A stretch of DNA of 64,000 nt. Origin: Chlorokybus atmophyticus. Lineage: Eukaryota > Plantae > Mesostigma and Chlorokybus algae. The stretch spans positions 625,717 to 689,716 of the forward strand of contig RHPI01000026.1 of assembly GCA_009103225.1 (NCBI GenBank), read 5' to 3'. This document shows, in pieces, positions 29,198 to 43,100 of this stretch. The notes below the pieces were generated by a model that worked only from the letters and a program-made list of their open reading frames with translations, was not told the origin of the DNA and made no database searches. Every line of letters begins with the position of its first letter. Positions within the stretch are counted from its first letter, which is position 1. The position numbers and the translations under genes were made by a program.

Positions 29198-30782
29198 TAA
29201 TGCGGCTAGCAAAGAGTGATTCGTTCTGTTTTGGCCAAAATGCCTTGCAAGAGTTAGGGGTAAGGATGGCAGTTTTTTGATTGGAGGTGATGAATAGCTG
29301 AAATTCATCCACTTGTACCATGAAAGGTACAACTTGATTGAAGATAAAGGAAACGAAATCCGTTCTTGTTGCAAGGTGAGAACGCACGGTAAAAAAGGGT
29401 GGTTGAATATTTGGTTGTAGCCAAACCTGATGATTGACAATTGCTTTGCTAAAAACATGAACTTCAATATCTCGCAAATATCGTGTGTACGCGCGTGCGT
29501 ACGTGTATGTGTGTGAGCAGAGTAACAAAGGTTACATTGTCATTGACAAGACATATGAAAATACATCATATATAGGACGGGGCATATATGAGACATGTGG
29601 CTCCTCCAATAATTATGGCAGCAAAAGTTGCTGTCATAATTATCTGGGGCGCCGTATTACAGTGGGGTTTCAAGCTGCTGCTCTCATGTGCGCTCCATGA
29701 GGAAAAACTGTAGGCGGCCGTGAAAACAACCCACGATACTTGGCAATTCAATTGTTGCAAGCGTAACGCGGGCTCGAAACCCGTTGAAGTGACGAAACTC
29801 AAAACACGACCACTGGAGCGGTCGCAGGTTGCTCGATAAGGCTGTCGACGTGCGACCGCAGCAAGTTGCTTTGCTGGTCGCGGCAAGCTCGACATGTAAC
29901 ATGGGCAAGTCGCAAGGCAACGACTTGCTACGTAATGAGGTGGAAGGCCTGTCGTATAATTTTGAGAACGTAACACATCTGGGATGGAACATACATGGAA
30001 CATGTAACTCCCCTAATGACAACGACTTTTGCTGCTATATGTGGATATAGAATCGTGTTACAGCAAGCATATCCCCCCCCCCCCTCCCCTGAGACTACTG
30101 TAATAGTTTTCATTCGTTGTTTGAAGTCACTATTTAAACATTGTGAATGAGACCGGGAGCCCGGGAGCACGTGCAGCAAGCTAGCTCAATGGGTCAAGTA
30201 TGCTGACCATTACCTAGATGACGACCTTGTGACTCTGGCCATAGAAACACGACTGGCAGCGTTCTTAGCGGAGACGACTTCTAACCGTACGCGATGCGGT
30301 CATCAGCAAGGGTAGCGGAGCAAGTTTGATGCGCTTTGATTTCCATCNAAAGCAAGACAACCAACCAATCAATGGATACATTCACCCCACACTTTGTTAA
30401 ACAACCATGCTACAATTATGTGATCAATGAATTCGGAGCTATAGCAAAGTTATACATCCACCTTGAATTGTACCTTGACTACCGCCATCTCCACACCATG
30501 CATTCATTGAGCTCACGGCCCACACTTGCAAGTATATAAGTAATATAACAACTGGGATGCGCTTCACACGGCCCAAATTTGCTGATGAGTTGCACTGGTG
30601 TACTGTCAAAGTTTCAAGAAGATAAGGGTCGAAAGGGGCCAACCCTTAAATACAACAGCAACATACTTGTACAAACAATACGAAATACAAATATGTGGCT
30701 GGCAACCAATGACTTGTTAACGACCTGCTGACAATCAAAGCACTGCAACACAAGACATCACCATGGCTTTCCAGCACGCGAC

Positions 30783-30875
30783 TTATGTTGCCATTAACCC
30801 TGGGCTACCAAATGACTGCAATTGTTATTGTTATGTTGCCATTAACCCTGGGCTACCAAATGACTGCAATTGTTA
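30783..30875. repeat. Tandem duplication with a 48-bp period
   Basis: ttatgttgccattaaccctgggctaccaaatgactgcaattgtta occurs at 30783 and again at 30831. Confidence 0.95.
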
Positions 30876-31089
30876 ATGTGCTATGTCTGTACGGCTTGCC
30901 ACAAACATGACAGCTGCACAACCCTGCAAAGCCACAAAATCCCTGTTACCTTTTGGTCAGTCCCTTATCAATGCAAATGCAATCCTCACATCCGCTCCAT
31001 ACTCAGCCACTCCAATCAATGCCCGGTAGCTCGTGCAGACAACAATGTATATACAAAGCTTTGTGCAACAACTGTAAAGCAGTAGCGCC

Positions 31090-32724
31090 TCATATCCACT
31101 CATCCGACCGTGACGAATCCATGTCGATGAGTATGCTCACAGCCTGCAAGACAAAGCACTGTGTTACCTACACCAACACTACAGCCAAGCGCATACGCAT
31201 CCCATGCCAAGACACATACGGCAACCAACACAGGAGGTAACTTAGAACTGCTGATGGTAGTTAACAGATGCTCACCTTGCCAATGCGAGGTTTCTGTCTG
31301 GTGGACTGCAGTGCGTTCTTCACAAAGCTGACAGCTCCCCAATCACGCAGGTACTGTGTCACTCCGTCCAGATGAGCAATGTACTCCAACTCCGACAGTG
31401 GAAATGACCGCTGCAAGGTGACGACGACACCATAAGTTCCTTTTCTGAGAAACACAGAGGCCAGACAGACCGAGCAGCCAAAACACAGACCTGCTCACGA
31501 TATCTCCACATGACGTTCAATGCTAACAACTCCCGTCCCATGAACTCCTGCATGCAGGAGGGTCACGACGACACAGAGTGCTGCCACAAACCAAACGTAC
31601 AAAACCTTTTCAAATGCTTGTTGCAAGAACAAGCAGTCTGCTTCTGCTTCTCGACATCGCACTATTGTGCAGACGTGACGTATGACCAGTCAGCATGTGA
31701 TTGATAGCACATGTCGTGCTACCAGTGCCTAAAATAAATACATGCAAGCACGACCTAGCTAGCATTGACACTACCAGCCTGATGTGAAGTGCAGAACATG
31801 TGTGTAGCAAGTGACATAATATGCAAAACTGTACATGACTGCACCTACCTGCTTCACAAACTGCACGTCATAACCCCGCCCAAACTTTGCACGGATCAGG
31901 TGCGCCAGCTCTGCTCCCGCAAACTGATCATCTTCACCTTGCATCATGGCGTCCATTGTGGCTCGAAACTCTGCATCGGAACCCTAACCGCATGCTAATC
32001 AGGCTGGATATTATTAAGGCAAAACACCATGTGCAAAATGATATTGCAAAGCACAGTCACAGTCTGTATGCCTATACACATGCATGCACATGCTGACAGC
32101 AGCAAGGAGACTCCTCACACCTTGTGCGAGTGCACAGGCTCCTTTGCATGCTCATCCTCGTGGTCATCTGGAAAGGCTGAGGAAGACGATGATGCTTGAA
32201 CTTGCTGCAAACGGTAATTGCAACTCTGCTGCAACCAAAAGCCACTCAGTCAGGCATGTATACTTAAAATGGCATGTATACTTTAATTGCACAACCTATG
32301 AATCGCACGGAGCCAGCCACATCCGCACAGAGCTGCGTGGGCCATGCATCATCAACGAGAGAAGTCTTGCAGCATGGTACTAACACAAGCGTGGGCATGA
32401 AAGCAGTGCAGTAGCTTGCAACGAGCACAGTGCAGCGTAGTTAAAACGATTGCAGCCAAGAATGGCCAAGCATCTGCGCAGAGGTGCTGTTACACACGTC
32501 ACGCTGACCTGATCTCTGCCGGCAGCCCCCATTCTCCTCAAAGGCAACACAGCCCTGCTGACTCGTAAGCCGGCTGTTGACCTGCAGCTAACACGTACGG
32601 CAGACAAGGCAGAAGCCGAGGCCGAGGTGGAAGAGGAGGCGGAGGGCGAAACCCTGATTCCACTACTGAGCCCAGCCCTTGCAAACGCAAGCCCCTCCAT
32701 ACCACCGACCACTGACGCCGCCAT
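31090..32724 (-). CDS. DUF3067-family protein with a probable chloroplast transit peptide, about 6-7 exons
   Basis: Ser/Ala/Arg-rich N-terminus MAASVVGGMEGLAFARAGLSSGIRVSPSASSS.... Spliced core FAGAELAHLIRAKFGRGYDVQFVKQ|EFMGRELLALNVMWRYREQ|RSFPLSELEYIAHLDGVTQYLRDWGAVSFVKNALQSTRQKPRIGK|AVSILIDMDSSRSDEWI* matches the cyanobacterial/plastid DUF3067 pattern as I recall it (YDV..; MW.Y.EQ.SFPL.E.EY..HL; RPR.GKAVSI). Confidence 0.85.
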
Positions 32725-35138
32725 CCCAACGTGCCCTCGCACAACTCCTACCTTAACCACCCCGTCCTCACGACGCTTCGCCGAAGGACCACCTCGCCAC
32801 AGCCACCACCGCCGCCGCCGCCGCCGCTGCTGCTCTACCGTTGCACTATACTGCACCGTGCTGCATCGTGTTGACGGTTCGATGGGTGTAAGCGTGGCGG
32901 AAATGGGAGATTGTTGGTGGGGAGGGCGGCCATCCGACGGCTGACAGGGCGCTGGCGTGGCTGCCACCCGTGCGCGCGTGGCAGCGGCGGGGGACATGCA
33001 AAAGGTGTGCATCCTATGTGCATGCGCGCAGCCATGCCTGCTGTAAGCTGTGACACATTGGGACTTACAAGTTGTCAGCCTCAGACTCACCTAGCTACCA
33101 ACATAAGCCACTCGTGCATGAGTAACATCTGATCACAGTAACAGAGGTACAAAGGTGGAAAATATCGACAACACGTGTCTTGCTTACAACATAAACGACA
33201 TGCTTGTCATTATGAGGATTAGGGTTAGGGTACGCTACATAAAAATATAATGCTTATGCCGGTTTGTTGCATTGGAATAAGCCATTAAATATAATGATGA
33301 GAACGCACCAGTCGATTGTATATACAAAAAAGATATTTTGAGTTTGATATACCAGCTGACAATTTGCGGCTAGCATGATACTATAGATTTCATTGGATGC
33401 AACCATTTATTTTTGTTGCAGCCAATGAGTTTTGTATGATCATCAACATTTATATTTTCAAGAGTATGCTACGCAAGAAGTTTGCAAATCGTGGAAGCAC
33501 TTAAACGATTTGCACACTTCGAAAAGTGCACATATGCACGTGTGTGCACCTCTTCATACTATTACTCACGCATGCTTGTGTTTATAACGCAATGATCTCC
33601 GTAATAAGCTTTTTCTTGACATAATGGATGATGCGCAGCTCGATACGTAAAAAGCAAGCAATCATCACACAATTCAAAAGTTTTCAGTGTTGGTGAAAAG
33701 CCTTTCATGTGCGCCGTCAAGCAAGCGCAAAATCACAAGTTGTAGTAATTTTTAATGTGTGTTGCGTCTTCCCATACAGCACACAAACAAGCTGACACAT
33801 GTGCACATGTGTTGTGCAATTTGTATGTTGAAATCAATTATAGACATATGCCCAATGTAATCATATTGCTATCGCTAATCTGAAGACAATTGTTATGCGA
33901 GGGACCCTCAATTTCGAATGACCTCGGCTGATTCTTACAGCCAATACACACCCATCAATTAGAGGCGTATATTGACCGCAGTAGACGATCCCGAAGAACT
34001 ACATCAGTGGCACAACGTGGCATGTGGAGGGAGGCTCAGCGCCGCCGACATGGCGGATTTACCGAAGCACAAGCCCGCGAACATTATGGCGGGAAACTCG
34101 GCACGCAGCTGAACAGGCGCAAGGAAGCGCGGGAGGCTTCGAAGCAGTACGGCCGTGGTGTTACAGATCCTTTGCCTAACATTTGTTAGTGTAACTGCCA
34201 GTTGCTAGCTTGGACATATGTATACTACGTGCAGATGTATAGTTCCTTAATGATACAGCAAGTGTTTAAGTGAAACCGGAGTAACCCAACTATTTTGCCA
34301 TACCGCGGGTCTTATCCTTTCTGTGCTTGCGTATGCATGCTGGCTTGCTTGAGTGTATTCGCGCATATGCCCACTAGTGTTGTACTTGACTGCTCGCGCT
34401 GTACAATTGATTCCTTAGCTTCAACAGATGGTTGTTCATCATTCAGTGTGCGGATGCTATTACCTCTCTTGTGCAAGTTCACACGCTGGCAGTTTGATTG
34501 TTACCTGTGTTCAAATTGCATTTAGTCTGTTGATTCATTTACTTATGAGCAGGCTAGGACTACATACAGTCTGTGTTATGAATCGCAAGGCATGTATTAT
34601 ATTCTTGCCATTCGCAAATGCGAATATGTAAGCTTCATTGATAAGGGTGACAGTTACACCCACATAAAGCTATATACTTTCAAGATGCATATCATGTTAT
34701 GGGCAAAGGAGTCCGACATAAGGCACGAGCTCGTAAGACACATTCAAGATGGCACGCATTGTGCATACGACAAATTCCGTTAAAAATGAACTGTTAGAGC
34801 TCGTTGCGCATTTGCTGCACTTCGACAGATGTTTATTACGCCGTGCATGAAAATCTTCAGCATGCCATGCTGATGAGTTATTGCAATTGGCAACTGCAGC
34901 AGCATTGCTATACCTATATTGTACTTTGACCACATGTTTAGAGTAAGTAGTACTACATGATGGTAAATTGCTTATCATGATGATGCTGCGTTGATGCCGC
35001 TTGTTGACCGTAAGCTATAACAAATTGTTCGCATGATTTTGTGTGTAGGTATCACCTCTGTTACCAGACTTAAGCTAAGCCAAATTAGATGAGGCTATAT
35101 CAACTTTTTGTTTTATCAAGCAAGCTAAAGATGACAAG

Positions 35139-35241
35139 TGTCACGAAGTTGGTAATAATGAACTTAAGGACTTGGACTTAGGCCCCAACTAAGTCTTTAT
35201 GGTCGAGTCCGTGAGGCCCCATGTTATAATGGTATTGGAGC
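35139..35241 (+). mobile_element. Short LTR-like segment followed by a PBS-like motif
   Basis: Begins TGTCACGAAG, like the chromovirus LTR start, and ends ...gaggccccaTGTTATA. It is followed by TGGTATTGGAGC (10/12 to the iMet PBS TGGTATCAGAGC). Its last 29 nt recur at 62319-62347, there ending GTTACA. Confidence 0.45.
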
Positions 35242-35411
35242 TTGCGACCCGAGCTCAACTCCCACTCGGGGGACCCCCGACGGGGGTAGAATTGTCGGCG
35301 GTCTGAAAAGATCTCAGGACATGCAATGGCTGGGATGGGGCAGAAACAGGAGGAATACTGGGCTAAGTCGCGGCCATGTGGGCATGACGCGAAAAAGGGG
35401 TTACACGTGTA

Positions 35412-38400
35412 GGGTAAATGGTCATAATTTCGGCGGAATAAGGTTTGGGTTTATGGGTGAAGCTGATTGGTTCATTTTTTGGCGGTGATGTGAGTGGCAA
35501 AGATGAAGCTTAACAAAGTACCAACACGTACATATTTTTTTGAGAATTTTCTGACCTATGACGCGGCAGTTATGCCGCGCCAAAGGAGCATGTGTATAAT
35601 GTAGCGGCCAAAAAAGTCCCTTACCTTATTTCGGCGCCAGCTTTGCCTGTGTAAAGGCTGTTTGGCGCCGGCTGTGGCGTGTAAGTGGCGGGTGATGGGT
35701 GGCGCAGGCTGTGGTGACAGTGTCAGCTGCCTGTTTCCCGCCACAGGGGGCGGGAGCAGCTGTCACTCCCTTTCCCGCCACCATGGCGGGAGAAAGCTGT
35801 CCACCAACAAGGCAGTTGTGTGTAGGGTTGTAGCAGCTTAGCAGTTGTTGTGCATGCAGGCGAGGAGGGCGGTGAGGGAGGCGACAGCAGCAGCAGCAGC
35901 GGCAAGCATGTAAGGGTTAGAATGGTACACAGTGTTATGTACAGGGTTACGTTCTATGCTAGGCTAGGGTAGCTAGGCTGCTGTCTAAGTTGGGCTGCCC
36001 GCTTAGCCCGCCACCTTGCACCAGCTTGCTTGCAGTCCTGTCTCTCCCAACCTTTGGCAATACGGTGCTTGATCCATTCTCCCCAGTTTAGGAAGGGGAG
36101 ATGCTTCTCGCTCACCCACAGCATAGGGTCCCACTCCCATTAATTCATAAGCGCTGTTGCCTCCTGCCTTGTCCTGTCACGTTGCTCTTGTTCCAAGCGC
36201 TGTGCTTCTGCCTTCTCAGCTTGCGCTTGTATTTGCTGGTCTTGTGTTGTTGCTGCTTCTGCTGCCCTTGCTTGCTTCCTTGCTTCCTTGCAGCCGTGCT
36301 TCTCTGCTGCTTTGCGTGCCTGCTCCTCTTTCCTTGCTGCAGCTGCCTCAGTCTTCTCAGCAGCAGGAGCAGCACAATCTTCTGCTGCTGCAGCACGGGC
36401 TGCCTTCCTTGCTTGCACTGCCTCTTTCTCAGCTCACCTCTCTTCGTCTATCTCAAACTGTCTGTTTTTGATATCCTCGTGTGTCAGCCACTCCGCAGTC
36501 TTGGGTCTCACCCCAGCCTTCCTTTTCTTCAGCGGTTGAGGGGCGCTGGCATTTGCTGCAGTTGCTGCTTCCTCCTCCACAACAGGCTCAACCTCTGGCT
36601 CGGGATCAGCACCCTCCATGGCATCCACAAGCACATCCAGCAGTCCCTTCACAGGCTCTAGAGGGAGGTATTTGTCTACAGCACGGTCATTCCAGGGCGA
36701 GATTCCTGCACATGTGCATGTGTTAGTCATCTTGTGCATGCACATGCATGTGTGTTGCATGCATGCTGAGTTGCTTACCGCAAGCCTTGAAGCCTGCCAG
36801 TATGTTGTCTCTGCTCAGCTCTGCATGGAAGCATGGCACAAGCATTTGCAGGAAATCCTCATTACGTAGCCCTCTGACATGTCTGTGCGTGCGTCCATGC
36901 AGCATACTCCTTCTTGTACTGAGCTTTGAAGCTTGAGAAGCAGGATACGTTGAGCACCTGGAGCCTGTGTGTCGTATGTGGAGGGAGGACCAGGATCTCC
37001 AGTCCCATCCCCTTGCACTTGTCTATTGTCTCCACATTGTATCTACTTACATGTCCATCACAGATCAGTAATGCTGGGTTGCTGAGCGAGATGCCACCAG
37101 GCATGTGTCTTGCCAGGAAGTCAATTTATGTGCCAAAGTGCTCGGTGGTCATCCAGGTATTCTCTTGGCAGCTCAGGGACGCACCAGGGATGGAAAAGGC
37201 ATCTGACCATTCTGGGTAAAGGTGCTTGCCAGCCAGGATTGCTGTTGGGGGGATGGCGTAGCCTGACCCTGTTACTGCTGCCATCACGGTAATGTGTTGC
37301 CTAGCCCCTGATGTTGCCAACTGAGCATACTTGCACCCTCTGCAACATAGGTGCGTGTTAGCATGAGCTTTTAATAGTATGAGCATGTGCATGTGCATGT
37401 GCATGAAATAGTATACAAGGAGTCGCTGACCTTTTTACTAAGACAGTTTGGTTTCTCATGGTGGAATCCGGTTCTATGCCAATCTCATCACACCAGATAA
37501 GACGCTCTGGTCCTGTGCCCATCTCCTCAACCACTTCCTTCAACTTCTGGAAATAGTGTTTAACTATCCACCTCCGGAAGCTGGTGCGTCCGCTGGCATC
37601 TACAAGCTCAGCCTTGCGCTTGCTAAGCTTGTGCCTCTTTATAAAGCCTCTCACCCACTTCTCTCCAGGTATACCGTCCTTGAACTCCTCCCTCCTCTTG
37701 TCATTCCTCAGCACCTTGGCAACATGCATCGCAATGTCCGCTTGTGTCACGGCTTGTCCAATGTCGTTTTGCCAATTGAGCAATGCCACCAACTGACTCT
37801 CCTCTGCTTGCGTAAGCACACTTGGCCTCCCTGCCCCCCTGCAGCACAGGTAATGAGGTCACATATAGCACACACATACACACATATCACACATACACAG
37901 ATCACACTAGTAATAGTTTACTTGTATTTCTGCAGGCGCTCAGGGTTGGCAATGTAGTCCTTAAGTGTTGACTCTGGCAGGCTTAGGTCTCTGGAAGCCT
38001 CAGCAGCAGACATGCAACCCTCCTTGATGGCGACCATAGCCTCCTGCACCTTGGGCAGCAGTGCTTCTCTGTCCTTCTTCTTCATATATGGGCCCCTCTT
38101 GTGCTTGTTCAGTTGTGCCTTTGCGCGCAGCTGAACTTGTTTGTTGGTCACGCGTTTGGCACTGCTGGCTGCAGTCCTTCTCACCTGCCAGCAGAGTACG
38201 AATACAAAGGCACAATGAAATGCTGGCAATAGGTGCAACACATGGGCGAGGATGAGAAGACCTCTGAGCCCAACAGTAACAAAGATAGCATTGTCCATAG
38301 CATAGAGTTGGAGGAGCAAACAGCAACTTACTTGTGTAGGCATAGCAACCTTGTAATGCTGCTTGTACCCTCACACCGAGTTCGTGTGCCTCACACTCCT

Positions 38401-39087
38401 TGCATGCTAGCACTGCTCCCTACCACTTGTGTGCGTGCACCCAAGCATGACACCCTCAGCAAAACACCAACACAAAGCAAATGGAACACCTTAGTCGCGT
38501 TAGACCAAGCAGCTAGCAGTGCCAACTATGTTAGCTTGCACGTTACGCATGTTGCTTTAGGGGTGCCACACTAACTTCTTGGTTTCTTAGCTGAATAGGC
38601 TGAAACTTTGTAGCAAGTTGCTTTTGCTATTAACTAACACAATGCAACAAACCGCAAGCCCAAAGCTAGTCTAAGTACAAAGTTATAGCTTTTACAAAAA
38701 TAAAAAGTGTTACGCGTATACGCGATAGGGGGGGCACACTAAGTTGCTCATATCTAATTCAATCAAGCTGAAACTTGGATAGAAGTTGCTTTATTACCTA
38801 ACTAAAATACTGCAGCAAACCACATATCAAAACTCATTCGCATTCAAAAGTTATATCAGTTAGCCACTATGACATAGCATTTTACCTAAATTAAATAATT
38901 TCAAAAATTCACATCTCCCGCTATATACTTGTCCAAATGGCCCCGTTTTTGAACCAAACGTCGCGCCTATGCCTAATCAAGCGGCTCCTAAGAGCCCACC
39001 GCGATCCACGGCTCACAGCGCTCCCTATAGTCAAAAAAGCGCAATCGCCGAAGTTGGGTTGCCCGCCGAAATTAGGACCATTTACCC
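35412..39087 (-). mobile_element. pogo/Fot1-type (Tc1/mariner superfamily) DNA transposon
   Basis: 25-bp TIRs with 24/25 identity: GGGTAAATGGTCATAATTTCGGCGG (35412-35436) and CCGCCGAAATTAGGACCATTTACCC (39063-39087). TA TSD on both sides. Confidence 0.93.
36140..38200 (-). pseudogene. pogo-like transposase (psq-type HTH, CENP-B-type HTH, DDE_1); intron-containing with in-frame stops
   Basis: VQEAMVAIKEGCMSAAEASRDLSLPESTLKD; GAGRPSVLTQAEESQLV; GEKWVRGFIKRH; IWCDEIG; ITVMAAVTGSGYAIPP; LLICDGHVSR; LPPHTTHRLQVLNVSCF; ILAGFKACG. Stops at ~37126 and ~36862. Confidence 0.9.
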
Positions 39088-40126
39088 TACCTAAAGCTTT
39101 GTCACCGAACAATGGACTATGCCACGATGGTACCGTCGCGGCATAGTATCCTTTTGATTGTTGGCAATGGCCGATAGAATGGCCGATGGGGACGCGTAAG
39201 ACGCGACTGACGCAGGTCAGTGAGGTCCGCTAGGGACTAGTGGCAGCGCAGGGGCCAAATGCCCGGGGCGCGACCTGTGAAAGACCGGCAGCGTTAACTG
39301 TGCGGCAAAGTATATACAGTCAAGCCCGAGGGGCTTCCAGCTGCTATTCACTGCGTCCAGGGGTCCGATGTGGGTCGACTGTTGTTGATGGTGAACCGAG
39401 TTGTATTTTGACGGTTGTCATTACGTGTTGACGAGCGTGCAGCGTGACTGGGTTCGCTGCCGTTTGCACTTGGCGATGAGTGTTGATGGCGACGCAGTCA
39501 ATGCTGCAACGTCAGAGCGCTGACATGTCGCCCACTGTTTGCAGTGCATACTTGCTCGCACAATTCGCATTTTACAAAACGCGCTCTTTTCGCAGCGGTT
39601 AGGGCCGCAACGACGTCAACTGAGCGCGACTACGGCGCTCAATTAACGTCCATGCCAACTTGTCATGACGTCGACACCAGTTAACAAAAAGAGACAAAAT
39701 CAGCTCGCGGTGACGGCGACACTACACGACTAACGTCAATTGGAAACGGCACAGACAGCCGGTGGGCCCAGAAGGGGCTTGCAAGAAGGATTAGACATCC
39801 GCCGTTGCTGCTTTTGGGCCTTTCAATGGCCACGATGTCAGGGGGCCGTTGTGAGATCGCGATAAGTGCGTGAAGGTTTGTGAGTATGTGTGCGCTTTTA
39901 TGTTATGACTTGTGACCTCGCGTGCTACATTGGGTCTTAACCAAGCGTGTTTGGCTGTGAGGTCATGTGCCTCCTTGTGACGTTGTGAGGGCTTCCTCGT
40001 TGTGAATTTATGTGAGGGTTTGTGAGTATGCGTGTACTTGCGTGCATGCTCTGTCGGTGCGCGCGGGATGTGTTTTGAATTTAATTGGGGAGCGGCGGTG
40101 GCAACGGCGGCGGCGGCGGCGGCGGC

Positions 40127-43100
40127 ATGGATCAGTCTGAACAGGGGCAGACTTCCCCTAGTGAGGGGGCTGGTGGGGTCCAGTGTACACAGCACCCATC
40201 GCTGCCAGCTCAGGAGGCTGGCACGGAGGCCAGCACCTCCCCGGGGACTGAGGCGAGGAAGGCTAAGCGGAAGAAGCATGCGGATGCGCAGAAGGCTGTT
40301 AGGGTAGCCACAAAGCTAAAGGAGGAGTCCATGATGAGAGCTCTCCGTCGTGATTGCAACTTGCATGAATCATGTGTGCCATACCATGTTGTATTCAATG
40401 CAATAACTAGTGGCAAGAAGTGGAGGTACCACGCGGAGAATGACGCTTTCCACCAACTTGAGGTGAGTATGCAGTGTTGGATTAATGGGTAACGTGGTCG
40501 TGTGGACTGAGCAAGATGAGTGTGCTTGTAGGGTGACTTTGTGGAGCGTATAGCTGTGCATGCTGCTATGCCAAGTGTAGGTAGAGCCATGCCGCATACC
40601 CCACCCCCTAGTGAGGCTGGCATGACACCTGCGTTTCAGAAGGCTCTGATGCGCAATGCTGATGTGAGTAGCTGTATTAAATGGTCTGGTTGTACTCGTT
40701 GATTGTATTGTATTGGTAATGGTGATTATTGGTGTAATTGTGCACGCAGGGCCAGTTGGTGGAGGTCACGCTGCCGGCTGGCTCAGTGGGCTTCACGCCT
40801 GACAGGGGGCCTCATCGTTTACTCCTAGGCCAGGACTTGGAGAGCGCACCAATCTGCACCCCTCACAGTCTTCGCAGCAGCACTCTAGCCACTACTGGGG
40901 CACAGGTGGTTAGGGGTTGGGATAGGGTAGTTAAGCTTAGCACCCATGCCCGGTAGCGAACTCATGCGTACGTCTGTTGACTTTGCTGGTGCTGCTGTGC
41001 AGGCAATGCAGATGAACATGCTTGTGATAGATGTGCACAATGGCAGACCATGTGCCACGAGTCTACTGCAGAGTCAATCAGCTTGCGTGCAATCACCAAT
41101 GCACAAGCCATGCATGTGGAGGAGTTGCAGGCTTCACTGTCTATGACAAGCAACCAGAGACAAGTGAGAGCATTCAGTTGCAACCAGGCATTAGTTGTGG
41201 CAGTGTACGAGGGTATATATAAGATATGCAAAGGCCAGTGTGGTAATTGATATTTGTCAACCCTTAGAGCCTGAACGCTGAGTCACAAAGAAGTGTGGAG
41301 GAAACATGCTCCCTATAAACTCAGTTGGGAAGGTGCCAGATGGAGCTCACAGGTGTGAGTGAGGACCTAGCTTGCAGCAGGTCTATGGTTCAGCAGTATC
41401 AGTCGCAGTTGTTAAATCTACAGAACCAGCTACGAGATGACGGCAGTAGGCAGTCTGCGCTTAGGGCTGGGGTGTGGCCAGAGTCTGTGGCTACCATGCG
41501 AGATGCAGCTGAAGCACTGGTGGATGAGGGGCCAGCTACAGATGCGTGCAAGGCGGTGGCGAGATGATTGCAAGACGAGGATGCCGCTCTCTTGCTGCAG
41601 GAGTGGGCACTGCGTAGTGGTGTCGCCACTCGGGTGCTGTCACAGGCATTGCATCGTGTTTTTTGGGCTGTTCTGGAGCAACTGACGGGATCCCCAAAGC
41701 TTGGCACTGTGCTGCTGGTGCGAGGCACTGATCATGGCCGTGCATTGGCGAAGGCTGTGTATGCTGGCTGGGTGCTGCGGAAGCCCAAAGAGTCAGCTGT
41801 AAATACAAATTAAAGTATGGGGGTTGTCAATGAGCAACTGCTACGGCATCTTAGCAAGTGCGTTCAACAAGCAGCTGCGGTGCGTGTCAAGGGTAATGCA
41901 GAGGGAACACCTGACTGGCGGTCTCTGCACATGAGAGATGAGTTGGATAGTAGGCAAGAGGACGTGGTGAAGGTGTTGAAGGCCTTCACAGGCTTGTGGA
42001 TTGCGGAGAGAGCTGCTGTGCGGGCTGGTTGTGATGATGATTGTGTGAAGGATCGCCTGAAAGTCATGCGCAATGAGACAGCAGTGATATATGCTAATGC
42101 ACTTTACGCACGCAACCCCAAGGCATACTCAAAGTTTCACCTGGTGCTAGCCGACTATGTAGAGGGCTTTTGTGCCAAACCAAAGCTGCTGCACATGATG
42201 AATCGTCTTGGGTTATGTGTGAGCCGCTACACACTCAACAGGTCAGTCCAGCAAGGTGATTATGCTGCACCGTGATTACCTGGCAGCTGGTGTAACGGCC
42301 TGTGCTGACCTGGTGTGCTGTGGACCTTGTAGGCATGTCACAACGATAACAACTGCCATGGCAACTGCCCCCTTGCAGTTTGGCCATGCGGACGAGTTAG
42401 TAGTGTGCAGTAGTGACAACCTCGACTTTCAACAGTCACATACACTGATGTATATGGGCAAGGAGTCGTCCCACGGCTTGCATTGCACCACCACACAGGC
42501 TATCGTTACATGGCCTCGAGCACAATGTGACTTTCAGCCCGAAGTCAGCATGACTAAGGTCAGCAGACAATGAGGGTGCTGTGTTGCAGTGCAAACTACT
42601 TGATGGTGCAGGACACCTATTAACAGGTGGTGTTGTGGCAGCCTGTGAGATGGCGTACCTTGAGAGAGGCTTGCATCCCAGTACGCATGGACTTGGACCA
42701 CCAGCGTCCGTTTCTGCAAGTGCCACGAAGATTCTTGGCGCTGCCATCACCAGACATTATGGTGTACTTGAATGATGGAGAGCAAAAAGCGCTAGACCTG
42801 TTTCACGTGGCATTATTTCAGGCAATCAACGGCAGGCGCAGGAGTGAAGGACAGCAGTCACATACTCTGAAGCATGAGTATGCAGCACTGCGCATGTGTG
42901 GTGATCGCCCTAGATCATCCATTCACTTCCTTCCCCTCTTGCCAATCAATCCAGACAAACGCGAGCACCTGAAGTTGGCACTCGCAGAAATACAAGCCAA
43001 GGTGTTAGAACCCTCTGGCATGAGCAGCATGCTGATAGCTGGAGATCAGAAGACATATGCACTCATTCTCGAGATTAAGGCATTGGAGCCAGGTTTCTGG

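Noticed and set aside
29765-29785. B-box-like GGCTCGAAACCC (similar isolated boxes at ~30181 and ~60385)
   Set aside because: No correctly spaced partner box and no cloverleaf.
33219-33230. TTAGGGTTAGGG telomere-like sequence
   Set aside because: Only two units; too short to call an interstitial telomere.
34007-34189. GC-rich 60-aa ORF island
   Set aside because: No recognisable motif or consistent splice context in any frame.
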